DNA of 29,877 bases from Candidatus Kerfeldbacteria bacterium (GTDB taxonomy: Bacteria; Patescibacteriota; Patescibacteriia; SBBC01; CAIJZX01), in NCBI GenBank assembly GCA_016217865.1, contig JACRFO010000024.1:1-29877 (forward strand). The letters are read 5' to 3'. Positions 8,661 to 17,430 of the stretch are shown piece after piece. A program made the translations under genes and the position numbers. Under the pieces are notes generated by a model. That model saw only the letters and a list, made by a program, of their open reading frames with translations, searched no databases and had not been told where the DNA came from. Position 1 is the first letter of the stretch. Each line of letters starts with the position of its first letter.

Positions 8661-10417
8661 CCGTAGCTCGCGTCATCCCGCTCCGGCGACTTCCGAGCGA
8701 TGTCCCGTGGTTTGATTACCTTGTCCCAGACGGCCAGACCGTCCAGCGAGGCCAGTTCGTCGACGTGTCGTTTCGCCGTCGCCCACTCCGTGGAGTCGTC
8801 TGGTCAATGGCCGATCAGTCAGTCTTCCCACACTTAGAAACAATTCAACACATTCATGAGCATTGGTTGACTGATTGGCAACTGGCAGCAATTGAGGCTT
8901 TGATCGCTGAAGGTGGTTCGCCTGCATCAATTGTAGCCTCAACAGTCCCGCCGACTGGGCGCCGGCCACGACGAACGATACCATCAAGATCAACGAAGTC
9001 CGGCCGTCCGGCCAGTCATTCCGTACCAACTGAACGGACATGGTGGTACCGTGAACGAGCCCAAATTGTTCGAACAATTCTTGATTGGGCTTCAGCGCTT
9101 TCCACCAGCGGAATTATTCTGACCCCCACGCTCGAGGACGCTGATACCTTGGTCGAGTACCTGAATCGCGCTGGCGTACCGGCTCGTGCTGTTCATGGCC
9201 AGACAACTAGTCCGACCTACCGTGAAACCTATGCGCTCATCCAGACCACGCCGCTCGTTGTGGTCGGCACATGGAAGGCCTTACTCCTACCGTTCCATGA
9301 ACCGCCGGCCATCCTCATCGACCAAGAAGAACATCCAGCCCATAAACAGTCACTCCAGTACCCGCGGTACGATACCCGGCGAATCGTGTCTCACTTGAAC
9401 ATCCAACCGATCGCTACCACGCCCGCTCCGTCCATCTCCTGGTTTTACGCGCACCATCCCACTCCGCCCATTGACGAGCGGCCGCGTGAACTCGGTGCAC
9501 TCGGCGTCCCTGGGAGTAGTCATTGGCTTTCGAGTCGCGTCCAAGACCTTGTGACGACCGCTCACCAGAAGAACCAGCAGCTTGTCGCCATCGTCCCACG
9601 ACGGGGCTTTGCACGCTTGATCGCTTGCCGCGACTGCGGATGGGTGCTGGCCTGCGAGCAATGCTACAAGCTGTTGACGCTTCGCCGTGACGCGACACAC
9701 CATGTCACCTGTTCGTGGTGCAGTCATCACCAGTCAATTCCCAGTCAGTGCCCGTCCTGTCAAGGCACACGCTGGTCATACCACGGCCTTGGTCCTGAAC
9801 ACTTCGTTGACATTCTTTCCACCTTCAACCCCAACATTACCGCCGTGCCAGCGATCAACCCCGCCGTTGATGCGACGGTCTACGTTGATACCTACCAAGC
9901 GGTGCGCTCTGTAGCCGATCTACCACGGCTGGCTGGCATCTTGGTCATCAGCGGTGATAGCCTGCTCAATATCCCCGATCCAGTCGCGGCCGAACGTGCT
10001 TGGCAGTACCTCAACCGGCTGCAAGCAACCGCCCCAGCGATTCCGTTAGTCGTTCAAACGTTCCAACCGGACAGTGACTTCTGGCAGCGCTGGGTATCGC
10101 ATGGTGACGCGGCCTGGTATGAGCATGAAATCCAAGACCGACGCCGTCTACAGCTCCCTCCCTTCGTCGAAACGTGGCTCGTCCGTTACGCCGGTCCGAA
10201 CTTCGAACAGACCATCGTCAGTAAGCTGCATGAACTGACGACCCACCACGGTGCGTCGTGTACGGTGAAACGCTTACCGGACGCTGTATCGCCACAGCGG
10301 ACTGTGGGCAGACTACTCATTACCTCCACGCAGCCACTCCGCGACCAGTTCGATGTGCCGAACGAATTTCCCCCGCCCTGGCAGGTGGACATGAGTCCGT
10401 CGTCATGGCTAGAGTAA
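8657..10417 (+). CDS. priA: Primosomal protein N' (PriA), helicase motifs degenerate
   Basis: N-terminal FDYLVP...RGQFVDVSF...GVV 3'-DNA-binding domain; DQEEH...KQ...PRY; RRGFA followed by four CxxC pairs; VVQTFQPD; LPPF. Confidence 0.88.
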   Translation: MTVARVIPLRRLPSDVPWFDYLVPDGQTVQRGQFVDVSFRRRPLRGVVWSMADQSVFPHLETIQHIHEHWLTDWQLAAIEALIAEGGSPASIVASTVPPTGRRPRRTIPSRSTKSGRPASHSVPTERTWWYRERAQIVRTILDWASALSTSGIILTPTLEDADTLVEYLNRAGVPARAVHGQTTSPTYRETYALIQTTPLVVVGTWKALLLPFHEPPAILIDQEEHPAHKQSLQYPRYDTRRIVSHLNIQPIATTPAPSISWFYAHHPTPPIDERPRELGALGVPGSSHWLSSRVQDLVTTAHQKNQQLVAIVPRRGFARLIACRDCGWVLACEQCYKLLTLRRDATHHVTCSWCSHHQSIPSQCPSCQGTRWSYHGLGPEHFVDILSTFNPNITAVPAINPAVDATVYVDTYQAVRSVADLPRLAGILVISGDSLLNIPDPVAAERAWQYLNRLQATAPAIPLVVQTFQPDSDFWQRWVSHGDAAWYEHEIQDRRRLQLPPFVETWLVRYAGPNFEQTIVSKLHELTTHHGASCTVKRLPDAVSPQRTVGRLLITSTQPLRDQFDVPNEFPPPWQVDMSPSSWLE

Positions 10418-10420
10418 CCC

Positions 10421-10449
10421 TTGCTTTCATAAGCCGAGTAACGTAAACT
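10421..10449 (+). promoter_or_regulatory. Sigma70 promoter of def-fmt
   Basis: TTGCTT (10421-26), 17 nt, TAAACT (10444-49); ATG follows after 8 nt. Confidence 0.6.
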
Positions 10450-10457
10450 ACTCCCCG

Positions 10458-10970
10458 ATGTCACGCACGAAACTACCATTGTGGACCATTTTCAAGCCTG
10501 AACAGGTGTCGATGCTCCGTACGCGAGCAGTGGAAGTACCGGCCGCGACAATCACGACAGCCGACTTCCAATACTTGATTGATGACATGGTCAAGACCAT
10601 GCATCAGGCAAATGGTATCGGTCTCGCTGCTCCGCAGGTGGGAAACAGCATCCGTCTCGCCGTCATCAGTCCAGATGCCGACCCGAGTTTGCACCAGCCA
10701 CTCGTCCTGATAAACCCCATCCTCACGGACCACAGCCCAGATCAGGAACGGGGTGAAGAAGGGTGCTTGTCTGTGCCAAAAGTGTACGGTCTCGTCGACC
10801 GGGCCCGACGGGTCACCGTTAAGGCTCTCGACCGGACCGGCCAACCATTTACGCTGGTGGGGACCGGGTTACTGGCTAGGGTCATGCAACACGAAGTCGA
10901 CCACTTGAACGGGACGTTATTCATTGATCGCACCGACCGGATCACGACTGGTCGAGACCTGCTGCCATGA
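10458..10970 (+). CDS. def: Peptide deformylase
   Basis: All three motifs: GIGLAAPQVG, EGCLSVP, QHEVDHLNG. Confidence 0.97.
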   Translation: MSRTKLPLWTIFKPEQVSMLRTRAVEVPAATITTADFQYLIDDMVKTMHQANGIGLAAPQVGNSIRLAVISPDADPSLHQPLVLINPILTDHSPDQERGEEGCLSVPKVYGLVDRARRVTVKALDRTGQPFTLVGTGLLARVMQHEVDHLNGTLFIDRTDRITTGRDLLP

Positions 10971-11902
10971 AGCACCGACTGGTCATATTTGGTTCCAGCG
11001 CTTTCGGGCTGCCGGCTTTTTCTGTCATGGCCAAGCATCCCGCGATGGAAGTAGTCGGCGTCATTAGCCAACCAGATCGCCCTCAGGGACGTCACCACGA
11101 ACTCACCCCAACACCAGTCAGTGCATGGGCGCGTGAAAGTAGTCTACCGTTGTGGCAATTTCCTTCGTTACAGGAATCCGCTATCCAGGAACGACTCGCT
11201 GCTCTGCGTCCCGATATCGCGCTGGTCGCGGCCTATGGTTTGATTTTACCGTCCGCTGTCCTCTCCATCCCATCGCGGGGATGCATCAACATTCACGGGT
11301 CGCTTCTGCCCCGTCACCGCGGCGCCAGTCCGATCGCCGCCGCCATCGCGGAAGGTGATGCCATGGCCGGGATCAGCTACATGCTCATGGACGCCGGTGT
11401 TGATACCGGCCCAGTCATCCATAAGTACGCGCTCCCCCTCCATGCAGACATCACCCACCCCGAACTTGAGCAGGCACTCTCTGACTTAGCTGGGAAAACC
11501 ATCCAGACCGCGATCGATGGTTGGCTGGATGGAACGTACGTTCCGGTTGCGCAAGATAATCAGTTGGCCACACGTTGTTCACGACTGACGAAAGAAGATG
11601 GCCGGGCGCATTGGGATTCCGGTCGGCGTTTATCCCGTCTCATCCGCGCCTATACTCCCTGGCCGGGCGTTTGGACCGAGTGGAACGGACAAGCCATAAA
11701 ACTCCTTGCAGCCACGTACGAAGCGACCACACCAACCGCCAAGCCCGGCACTGTTGTACAACTCGAACAACGGCGTTGGGGTATCATGTGCGGAGACGGA
11801 ATCATTGTACCCAGTCTTGTTCAATTTCCCGGTAAGAAACCACAACCGGCCGCCACCGTTCCCGGCAGCTACCCAACTTTCATCGGCACTCAGCTCAACT
11901 AG
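10967..11902 (+). CDS. fmt: Methionyl-tRNA formyltransferase
   Basis: VISQPDRPQGR, VAAYGLIL, INIHGSLLPRHRGASPI, MDAGVDTG, LTKEDG, IRAYTPWPG; ATGA-coupled to def. Confidence 0.96.
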   Translation: MKHRLVIFGSSAFGLPAFSVMAKHPAMEVVGVISQPDRPQGRHHELTPTPVSAWARESSLPLWQFPSLQESAIQERLAALRPDIALVAAYGLILPSAVLSIPSRGCINIHGSLLPRHRGASPIAAAIAEGDAMAGISYMLMDAGVDTGPVIHKYALPLHADITHPELEQALSDLAGKTIQTAIDGWLDGTYVPVAQDNQLATRCSRLTKEDGRAHWDSGRRLSRLIRAYTPWPGVWTEWNGQAIKLLAATYEATTPTAKPGTVVQLEQRRWGIMCGDGIIVPSLVQFPGKKPQPAATVPGSYPTFIGTQLN

Positions 11903-13413
11903 CTCCGACTCTTCTCGGTTACGAAGAAACCGAGATACTTGCCAAACATCAAGCGCGTTTGCGCCTCAATCGCCGGAATAGACCCGAAGACAATCATCGT
12001 CACTGGCAATAACAGCCACTGGCCAATCATCATCACGTACTGGTACCGCGGAATGTGCTGCGGCCGTTTTGGCAACATGACGGTGCTGATGATAGCGGAC
12101 AAGAGCAACCCGAGCATCGCCCCGGACATCAGCCGTTGCAGGATCAGCGGTGCATTATTTGCCAAAACCGAACTTTCCAGCGCCACCCGGTTTGCCGCAA
12201 ACGGCAGCCAGCCGAGCAGCAGGATCAGCAGCGGCGCCGTCGCCCAAGAGTAGGTTCCTTCGAACTGGTTCCAACTGTACTTCAGTTTTGTCCGGAGTGG
12301 GATGCGGTGGTTGTGCCGGAAGTTCCACAGCATGAACGGTAAGTTTTCTGCACCGTACGCCCAACGGCGGATTTGTTTGTACTGGTTGACCAAGCTGCGC
12401 CAAATGGATGGAGCTTGGACGGTGTCCATCGAAATAGGAATGTACATCGGCGTGACGGTGTAGTGACCGTCGTAATGGATGAAACACTGTAAGAATATCC
12501 GCGAATCTTCCGAAACGACGTCGTTTTGCCAAAACCCAACATCGACCAGTGCCTGAAACGGCATGCTGTGTGAGGAAAAGGTGAAGAGTCGGTCGGGACG
12601 CATCGTATCGCCAAGCAACCAGAAGGTCGTACTGGTCGCAACGACCCGCATCAACGCCATCGCGTCCCAGATGTTGTTGTGGAACAGCGGGATCGGCTGG
12701 TAGCTCGTGTGGAGCTTGTCGGGGTGGGTCGCGTACGTATAGGCCAGGTACGAGAAGTAGTGTGGATGAGCGACCGAATCTGCATCAAACGTCGAAACGA
12801 TGACGTGGTCGTAGGGAATGTGCAGCCGATCCACTAACTCCTTGGCCTGCCGCCCGGCCCAGGCGATGTTCGCACCTTTACCAGCTACTTCACCCGGGAG
12901 ATCAGCTGGGTGCTCAACCGTCAGCACCTGGCCGAAGGTACCGGAAAAGTGTTTCGTGACGTTAGCCATCAAGTCGGCCGCGTGTTCATGGTATCGTCCT
13001 TCGGTCGCGACCACGACGATGAAACGATCGAGCGGGTAATCGATCTTCGATAACGATGTCAATGTTTCGCGTAACACCTCCCACGGCTCATGCGCAATCG
13101 GGATCATAATCAAGTGGTGGAGCGACTGCCAGTCCGGGACGGTGTGGAGCCGTTCTGGCCAATCGACTCGCAGTGCGGCCTGGTAACGACGGAAGCCCAT
13201 CACCAAGTACGATCCGACGTAGATGACCCGCACCACCCAGTAGACGTCGAACACGACAATGAAGGCGATGGCCCACAGCGGAGCAAAGAAACTCACCGCA
13301 ATCGCTAACACTAAACTGCCCCAAACCGCTAATCCGGGGAATATTTCTAAGACACGGTACGCTCGCCGTTCAGACAGCCAGTCGAGTCGCCAGAAACGAG
13401 AAAAGACAGTCAT
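11899..13413 (-). CDS. Polytopic GT2 glycosyltransferase, processive-synthase type
   Basis: N-terminal TMs, GKGAN, TFDADS (DxD), VSEDS, QIRRW (QxxRW), several C-terminal TMs; converges on fmt with a 4-nt CTAG overlap. Confidence 0.85.
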   Translation of the reverse strand: MTVFSRFWRLDWLSERRAYRVLEIFPGLAVWGSLVLAIAVSFFAPLWAIAFIVVFDVYWVVRVIYVGSYLVMGFRRYQAALRVDWPERLHTVPDWQSLHHLIMIPIAHEPWEVLRETLTSLSKIDYPLDRFIVVVATEGRYHEHAADLMANVTKHFSGTFGQVLTVEHPADLPGEVAGKGANIAWAGRQAKELVDRLHIPYDHVIVSTFDADSVAHPHYFSYLAYTYATHPDKLHTSYQPIPLFHNNIWDAMALMRVVATSTTFWLLGDTMRPDRLFTFSSHSMPFQALVDVGFWQNDVVSEDSRIFLQCFIHYDGHYTVTPMYIPISMDTVQAPSIWRSLVNQYKQIRRWAYGAENLPFMLWNFRHNHRIPLRTKLKYSWNQFEGTYSWATAPLLILLLGWLPFAANRVALESSVLANNAPLILQRLMSGAMLGLLLSAIISTVMLPKRPQHIPRYQYVMMIGQWLLLPVTMIVFGSIPAIEAQTRLMFGKYLGFFVTEKSRS

Positions 13414-13421
13414 CGCGGCTC

Positions 13422-13450
13422 ACTCTACCACAACTTGGCCATCATGTCTA
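13422..13450 (-). promoter_or_regulatory. Sigma70 promoter of the GT2 gene
   Basis: TAGACA (13450-45), 17 nt, TG-G-TAGAGT (13427-22); ATG follows after 8 nt. Confidence 0.65.
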
Positions 13451-14950
13451 TCGTCCAATCGTGATAATCGTGTGGAGGCGTAACGCTTGTCTCGCCAGCG
13501 CAAGCCGATCAGCCGTAACTGCATAGAGCGTCAGGAGAGTCTGTCCGCGCTTAACGCGATCCCCGAGCTTCTTGTGTAAGTAGATGCCCGCCCGTTTTTG
13601 GTCTGGCGCACCCAAGGTTCTCGCTATTTCATCAATCGCGCGATTATTGATCGCGGAGACCCGGCCAGTCGCCGATGCTTTGACGTCCGCTGTTAACGTC
13701 CCGGCCAGGAGTTCATCAGCATCAACTAGCGGATTTCCGCCCTGCAGCTTGATAATCTGCTGCATCTTTGCCCAGGCCCGACCGCTGCGAAGCGCTTGCG
13801 TCGCGATTGCGTATCCTTTGCCCGTTGTACAAAACGAGGACAGTTCTAAGAGTTCGCCAGCCAGGCCAAGCGCCTTTTCCTCCAGGTCGCGCGGCCGGTT
13901 GTCCTTCTGTTGGAGGACTCGGAGCACATCGCGCGCCTCGAGGGCTGGCCCGATCCCCTGACCAATCGGTTCATTAGCCCGATCAAATTTGACCCGGACC
14001 GAAATACCAAACGCGCGGCCAACGTCGCGGAACCTTTGCTCTATTTTCCGACCCTCAACGAGGCTAGATATTTTTGTCCCTGGTCCGTACGGGAGATCGA
14101 TAATCAGGTAGCGTACCCCCATCGCCACTTTCTTAGCCATGATACTGACGATCATTTTATCGTACGGCTCGAGCGACAACGGTCGCGAGACACGGATAAT
14201 GATGTCGTCTGCCGGGGCAATGCTCAACCCGCCACCCCAGATGAGGCAGCCACCGGCCTGACGGACGATCCGTCGAACGGCCGCGCCGTCAAAACTGACC
14301 GGCGCCAGGACTTCCATCGTATCAGCCGTGCCTGACGGCGATGTGATGGCTCGCGACGAGGTTTTTGGGATGAGGAGGCCGAGGGAGGCGATAATCGGTA
14401 TCGCCACCATTGTTGTCCGGTTCCCGGCAAGTCCGCCAACCGAATGCTTGTCGACCACGAGTCGGCGTCGCCAGGTAAACATTTCTCCGGTTTCAGCCAT
14501 TGCTCGGACCATGCCCACTAACTCCCGCGTCGTATACGGCTTGATGTACCCCGAAGCAACAAAGTAGGTCGTCTCAATCGCACTCAAGCGATGACTGACG
14601 ATATCCGAGATGATCGAGTGAATCTCACTCGCCGTGATCTCTTTACCGAGCAGTTTCTTCTTAATCGCGGCGATTGATGGCGGACGCGCGAGAACATCAA
14701 TGGTAACGGTTTGGCCGTCAGTAGGCTTCAGTATCCGCCACAAGTCAGTAAAGACGCCAATTTCGCCGTGGCGGATGGAGTGGTGCGTAATATCAGCAAC
14801 CGCAGTGATTGTCCGTTGCTGGTAGCGGATCTGCAGGCGATCGCCTGGGGTAATCCCAAACGCATCAGCATCACGGCCACGGAGCAGGACAACCTGCGTA
14901 TCGCCACCGGTGTCGATATCAATCCGCCGGATGTTGAGAACAAACGCCAT
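13448..14950 (-). CDS. deoA: AMP phosphorylase (archaeal-type thymidine phosphorylase family, ~500 aa)
   Basis: N-terminal extension with GDRLQI, DKHSVGGLAGNRTT, KTSSRAITSPSGTADTMEVLAPV, SIMAKK, IGQGIGPALEARDVL, AGIYLHKKLGD. Confidence 0.92.
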   Translation of the reverse strand: MAFVLNIRRIDIDTGGDTQVVLLRGRDADAFGITPGDRLQIRYQQRTITAVADITHHSIRHGEIGVFTDLWRILKPTDGQTVTIDVLARPPSIAAIKKKLLGKEITASEIHSIISDIVSHRLSAIETTYFVASGYIKPYTTRELVGMVRAMAETGEMFTWRRRLVVDKHSVGGLAGNRTTMVAIPIIASLGLLIPKTSSRAITSPSGTADTMEVLAPVSFDGAAVRRIVRQAGGCLIWGGGLSIAPADDIIIRVSRPLSLEPYDKMIVSIMAKKVAMGVRYLIIDLPYGPGTKISSLVEGRKIEQRFRDVGRAFGISVRVKFDRANEPIGQGIGPALEARDVLRVLQQKDNRPRDLEEKALGLAGELLELSSFCTTGKGYAIATQALRSGRAWAKMQQIIKLQGGNPLVDADELLAGTLTADVKASATGRVSAINNRAIDEIARTLGAPDQKRAGIYLHKKLGDRVKRGQTLLTLYAVTADRLALARQALRLHTIITIGR

Positions 14951-14952
14951 GG

Positions 14953-15927
14953 TTACCGTTTCATCACTGCAACCGGGTCAGGGATACGTCGGCTGTGGAG
15001 AATGCCGATCTTTGCGCCGATGTGGCGAATGACGGATTCTGAATTGGCCGTAGCAAATTGCAAGGACAGCGGAATGTTCCCGCGGGAACGGATAAACGTC
15101 GCAACGAAACCGCTGGTAAATGCATCCCCTGCCCCAGTCGTATCAACGACGTGGATTGGGTGCGTAGTCGAACGCCAGCTGTCTGAACGGTGGCCAGCAA
15201 GGGCGCCTTCTGTACCACCGGTGACAATTGTCACACCATCAACGATTTGCCGGAGCTTATCGAAGCTGGCTTCGTCTTGCTCATATCCGAAACCCATCAA
15301 TCGGGCGGCTTCTTCTTGATTGACGTGGAGAATACTCGTTTGGCTCAAGAGCGGCATCAGCCGCTTCAACCCGAGCGCTAATTCGCCGACACCAGGATCC
15401 CAAGCAATCTTCATGTGGTGCCGAGCTGCATGGGCCCAGATTTTCTTCAGCACAGGCAACTTCCCAGCTAACGACGAAACATACAACCACTGGCTGCGAA
15501 CCTTCGTCCATGGGAAATCTTGTGGGTGAAAATCTGCTGACGCACCTCGGTAGACAAGGGCCGTACGCTCGCCACGGGCAGTTAGTAACAGTACCGAGTA
15601 CGCCGTCGATTTCCGCCGATCGCGTTTCACCAGAGTCGTGGCGATGCGCTCTTGCCGTAAGGCGGATAGGATCTCGCGTCCTCGCGCATCAGTGGCGCCG
15701 ATCTTCCCGAGGAAGCCGGTTCGCAATCCCTGACGAGCAAAAGTAACGGCAGCGTTCGTCGCACCGCCGCCAGTTTCGAAGACGATCTCTTCGACATCAA
15801 TTTTCGAACCGAGTGCAAAGCACTCCCCTTCTCCGGTTGAGAACGAATCATCGCGAACAATTCGGATCCCTCGGCTGCGCAGGAAAACGTCGCGCGTCGC
15901 CGCTCCTATGGTGATGACGTCGTACAT
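14953..15927 (-). CDS. PfkB family carbohydrate kinase
   Basis: GGGATNAA and DTTGAGDAF signatures, N..EA motif. Confidence 0.93.
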   Translation of the reverse strand: MYDVITIGAATRDVFLRSRGIRIVRDDSFSTGEGECFALGSKIDVEEIVFETGGGATNAAVTFARQGLRTGFLGKIGATDARGREILSALRQERIATTLVKRDRRKSTAYSVLLLTARGERTALVYRGASADFHPQDFPWTKVRSQWLYVSSLAGKLPVLKKIWAHAARHHMKIAWDPGVGELALGLKRLMPLLSQTSILHVNQEEAARLMGFGYEQDEASFDKLRQIVDGVTIVTGGTEGALAGHRSDSWRSTTHPIHVVDTTGAGDAFTSGFVATFIRSRGNIPLSLQFATANSESVIRHIGAKIGILHSRRIPDPVAVMKR

Positions 15928-15930
15928 GGG

Positions 15931-16773
15931 TTAGCCCTTTCCCCGACTACCGAATAGAATCATCTTCTGTTTGACGACTTCCATCATTTCTTGCCGGCCA
16001 GAGATCAGGTACTCGCGCGGATCGTAAACAGACCTGTCACGTAATACGCGTCGGACTGCACGGGTAAAGGCTAAACGTAGATCGGTGTCAATATTGATTT
16101 TACAGATTCCGAGTTGCACCGCCCGGCGAATACTCGCTGGGGACGTACCGGAGGCCCCGTGGAGAACTAACGGGACGTTGACTGCCGCTCGGATGCGCTT
16201 CAGGAGACCGAAGTGGAGCCGCTCGCCCGGCACCGGTAAACCGTGACTATTACCAATCCCAACCGCCAACGCATCAACCTTCGTCCGCCGAACAAAGTCC
16301 ACCGCTTGGTCTGGTGTGGCCAAGACCGGAACAGCGGATTTTGCTAAATCCTCCTTGTATTTCACTTGACCTATTTCGCCTTCGGTTCCGATCTGGAACC
16401 TTGCCGCGCGGCGCTTAACCCGGGTTGTGACGGCTACGTTTTGTTCGTAGGACAGCTTTGACCCATCGAACATGATGCCCGTCCATCCATGCCGTAGACA
16501 CTGATCAGCAGCAAGGTAACTCCGGCCGTGATCAAGGTTGAGGACCAACGGGACGCGAACCTGTTTCGCGAGCGAGCGGACAATAGCGGCGAGGTCAGCG
16601 TGCCCGGCGTAAGCAATTGCCTTTTCCGAAGTGTTGATGATGGCTGGAGAGCGAAGATCAGCGGCCGCGGCGACAACGGCTTGAATGTGCTCGAGGTTCG
16701 AGACATTAAACGCGCCAACAGCATATCGACCACGCTGGGCTTTCCGGAGAACCGACTGAAGCGTTGCTAACAT
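15931..16773 (-). CDS. fba: Class II fructose/tagatose-bisphosphate aldolase
   Basis: YAVGAFN, LDHG, MFDGS, EGEIG, GNSHG, LVLHGASG, KINIDTD. Confidence 0.93.
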   Translation of the reverse strand: MLATLQSVLRKAQRGRYAVGAFNVSNLEHIQAVVAAAADLRSPAIINTSEKAIAYAGHADLAAIVRSLAKQVRVPLVLNLDHGRSYLAADQCLRHGWTGIMFDGSKLSYEQNVAVTTRVKRRAARFQIGTEGEIGQVKYKEDLAKSAVPVLATPDQAVDFVRRTKVDALAVGIGNSHGLPVPGERLHFGLLKRIRAAVNVPLVLHGASGTSPASIRRAVQLGICKINIDTDLRLAFTRAVRRVLRDRSVYDPREYLISGRQEMMEVVKQKMILFGSRGKG

Positions 16774-16779
16774 AGCTCT

Positions 16780-16788
16780 AGTATATCA
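16780..16788 (-). promoter_or_regulatory. Extended -10 (TG-A-TATACT) 6 nt before the fba ATG, overlapping the rpe stop codon
   Basis: Minus strand reads CG TGA TATACT AGAGCT ATG. Confidence 0.6.
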
Positions 16789-17430
16789 CGATTTGACCGT
16801 TCGGGTGAACCGCAGCAACTCGCGCCAACGTTTCGCCGGCGTAGCTGACAGCATCACCGAGGAACCGATCGTGAACTCTTTGGCGCCAGCCGCGATGAGC
16901 CGACCGATTGTCCGACGGTTCACCCCGCCGTCTACGGACAACGGTACCCCAGGATAACGGAGAATTGTTTCACGAATGCGTCGGTCAGCTTTGGCGATAA
17001 GTGGTGCATGGTAGTGCCCCGGGTGGACGGTCATAAGTTGAATTCCGTCGACCAGTTTCAGGACTGGACGCAGCCGTGACAGTGGCGTTGACGGATTAAT
17101 GGCGACAACCACCGAGCAACCGGTTCGGCGGATGGACCGGATCGCCGTTATAACATCACGCGACTCGATGTGCACAACAACGGTCGACGGACGGGCTGAC
17201 CGGATCACTGGCACCCAATCCAACGGCCGGGAAACCATCAAATGGAACATAACCGTATGGGATTGGAAGCGATGAGACAAAATGTTCGGGCCGACCGATT
17301 TCGTCGGTACAAAGGCACCGTCCATGATGTCGACATGAACCCGCCGACTCAAACGAGTGGCCAGACGAAACCGCCGACGGTACGACGGCGCTGTAGCCGC
17401 CAGCACAGACGGGGTTAATCTAACGGGCAT
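16786..17430 (-). CDS. rpe: Ribulose-phosphate 3-epimerase
   Basis: PSVL, HVDIMDGAFVP, HLMV, AINPSTP, MTVHPG, VDGGVN, GSS. The likely start ATG 17430 overlaps the rpiB stop. Confidence 0.9.
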   Translation of the reverse strand: MPVRLTPSVLAATAPSYRRRFRLATRLSRRVHVDIMDGAFVPTKSVGPNILSHRFQSHTVMFHLMVSRPLDWVPVIRSARPSTVVVHIESRDVITAIRSIRRTGCSVVVAINPSTPLSRLRPVLKLVDGIQLMTVHPGHYHAPLIAKADRRIRETILRYPGVPLSVDGGVNRRTIGRLIAAGAKEFTIGSSVMLSATPAKRWRELLRFTRTVKS

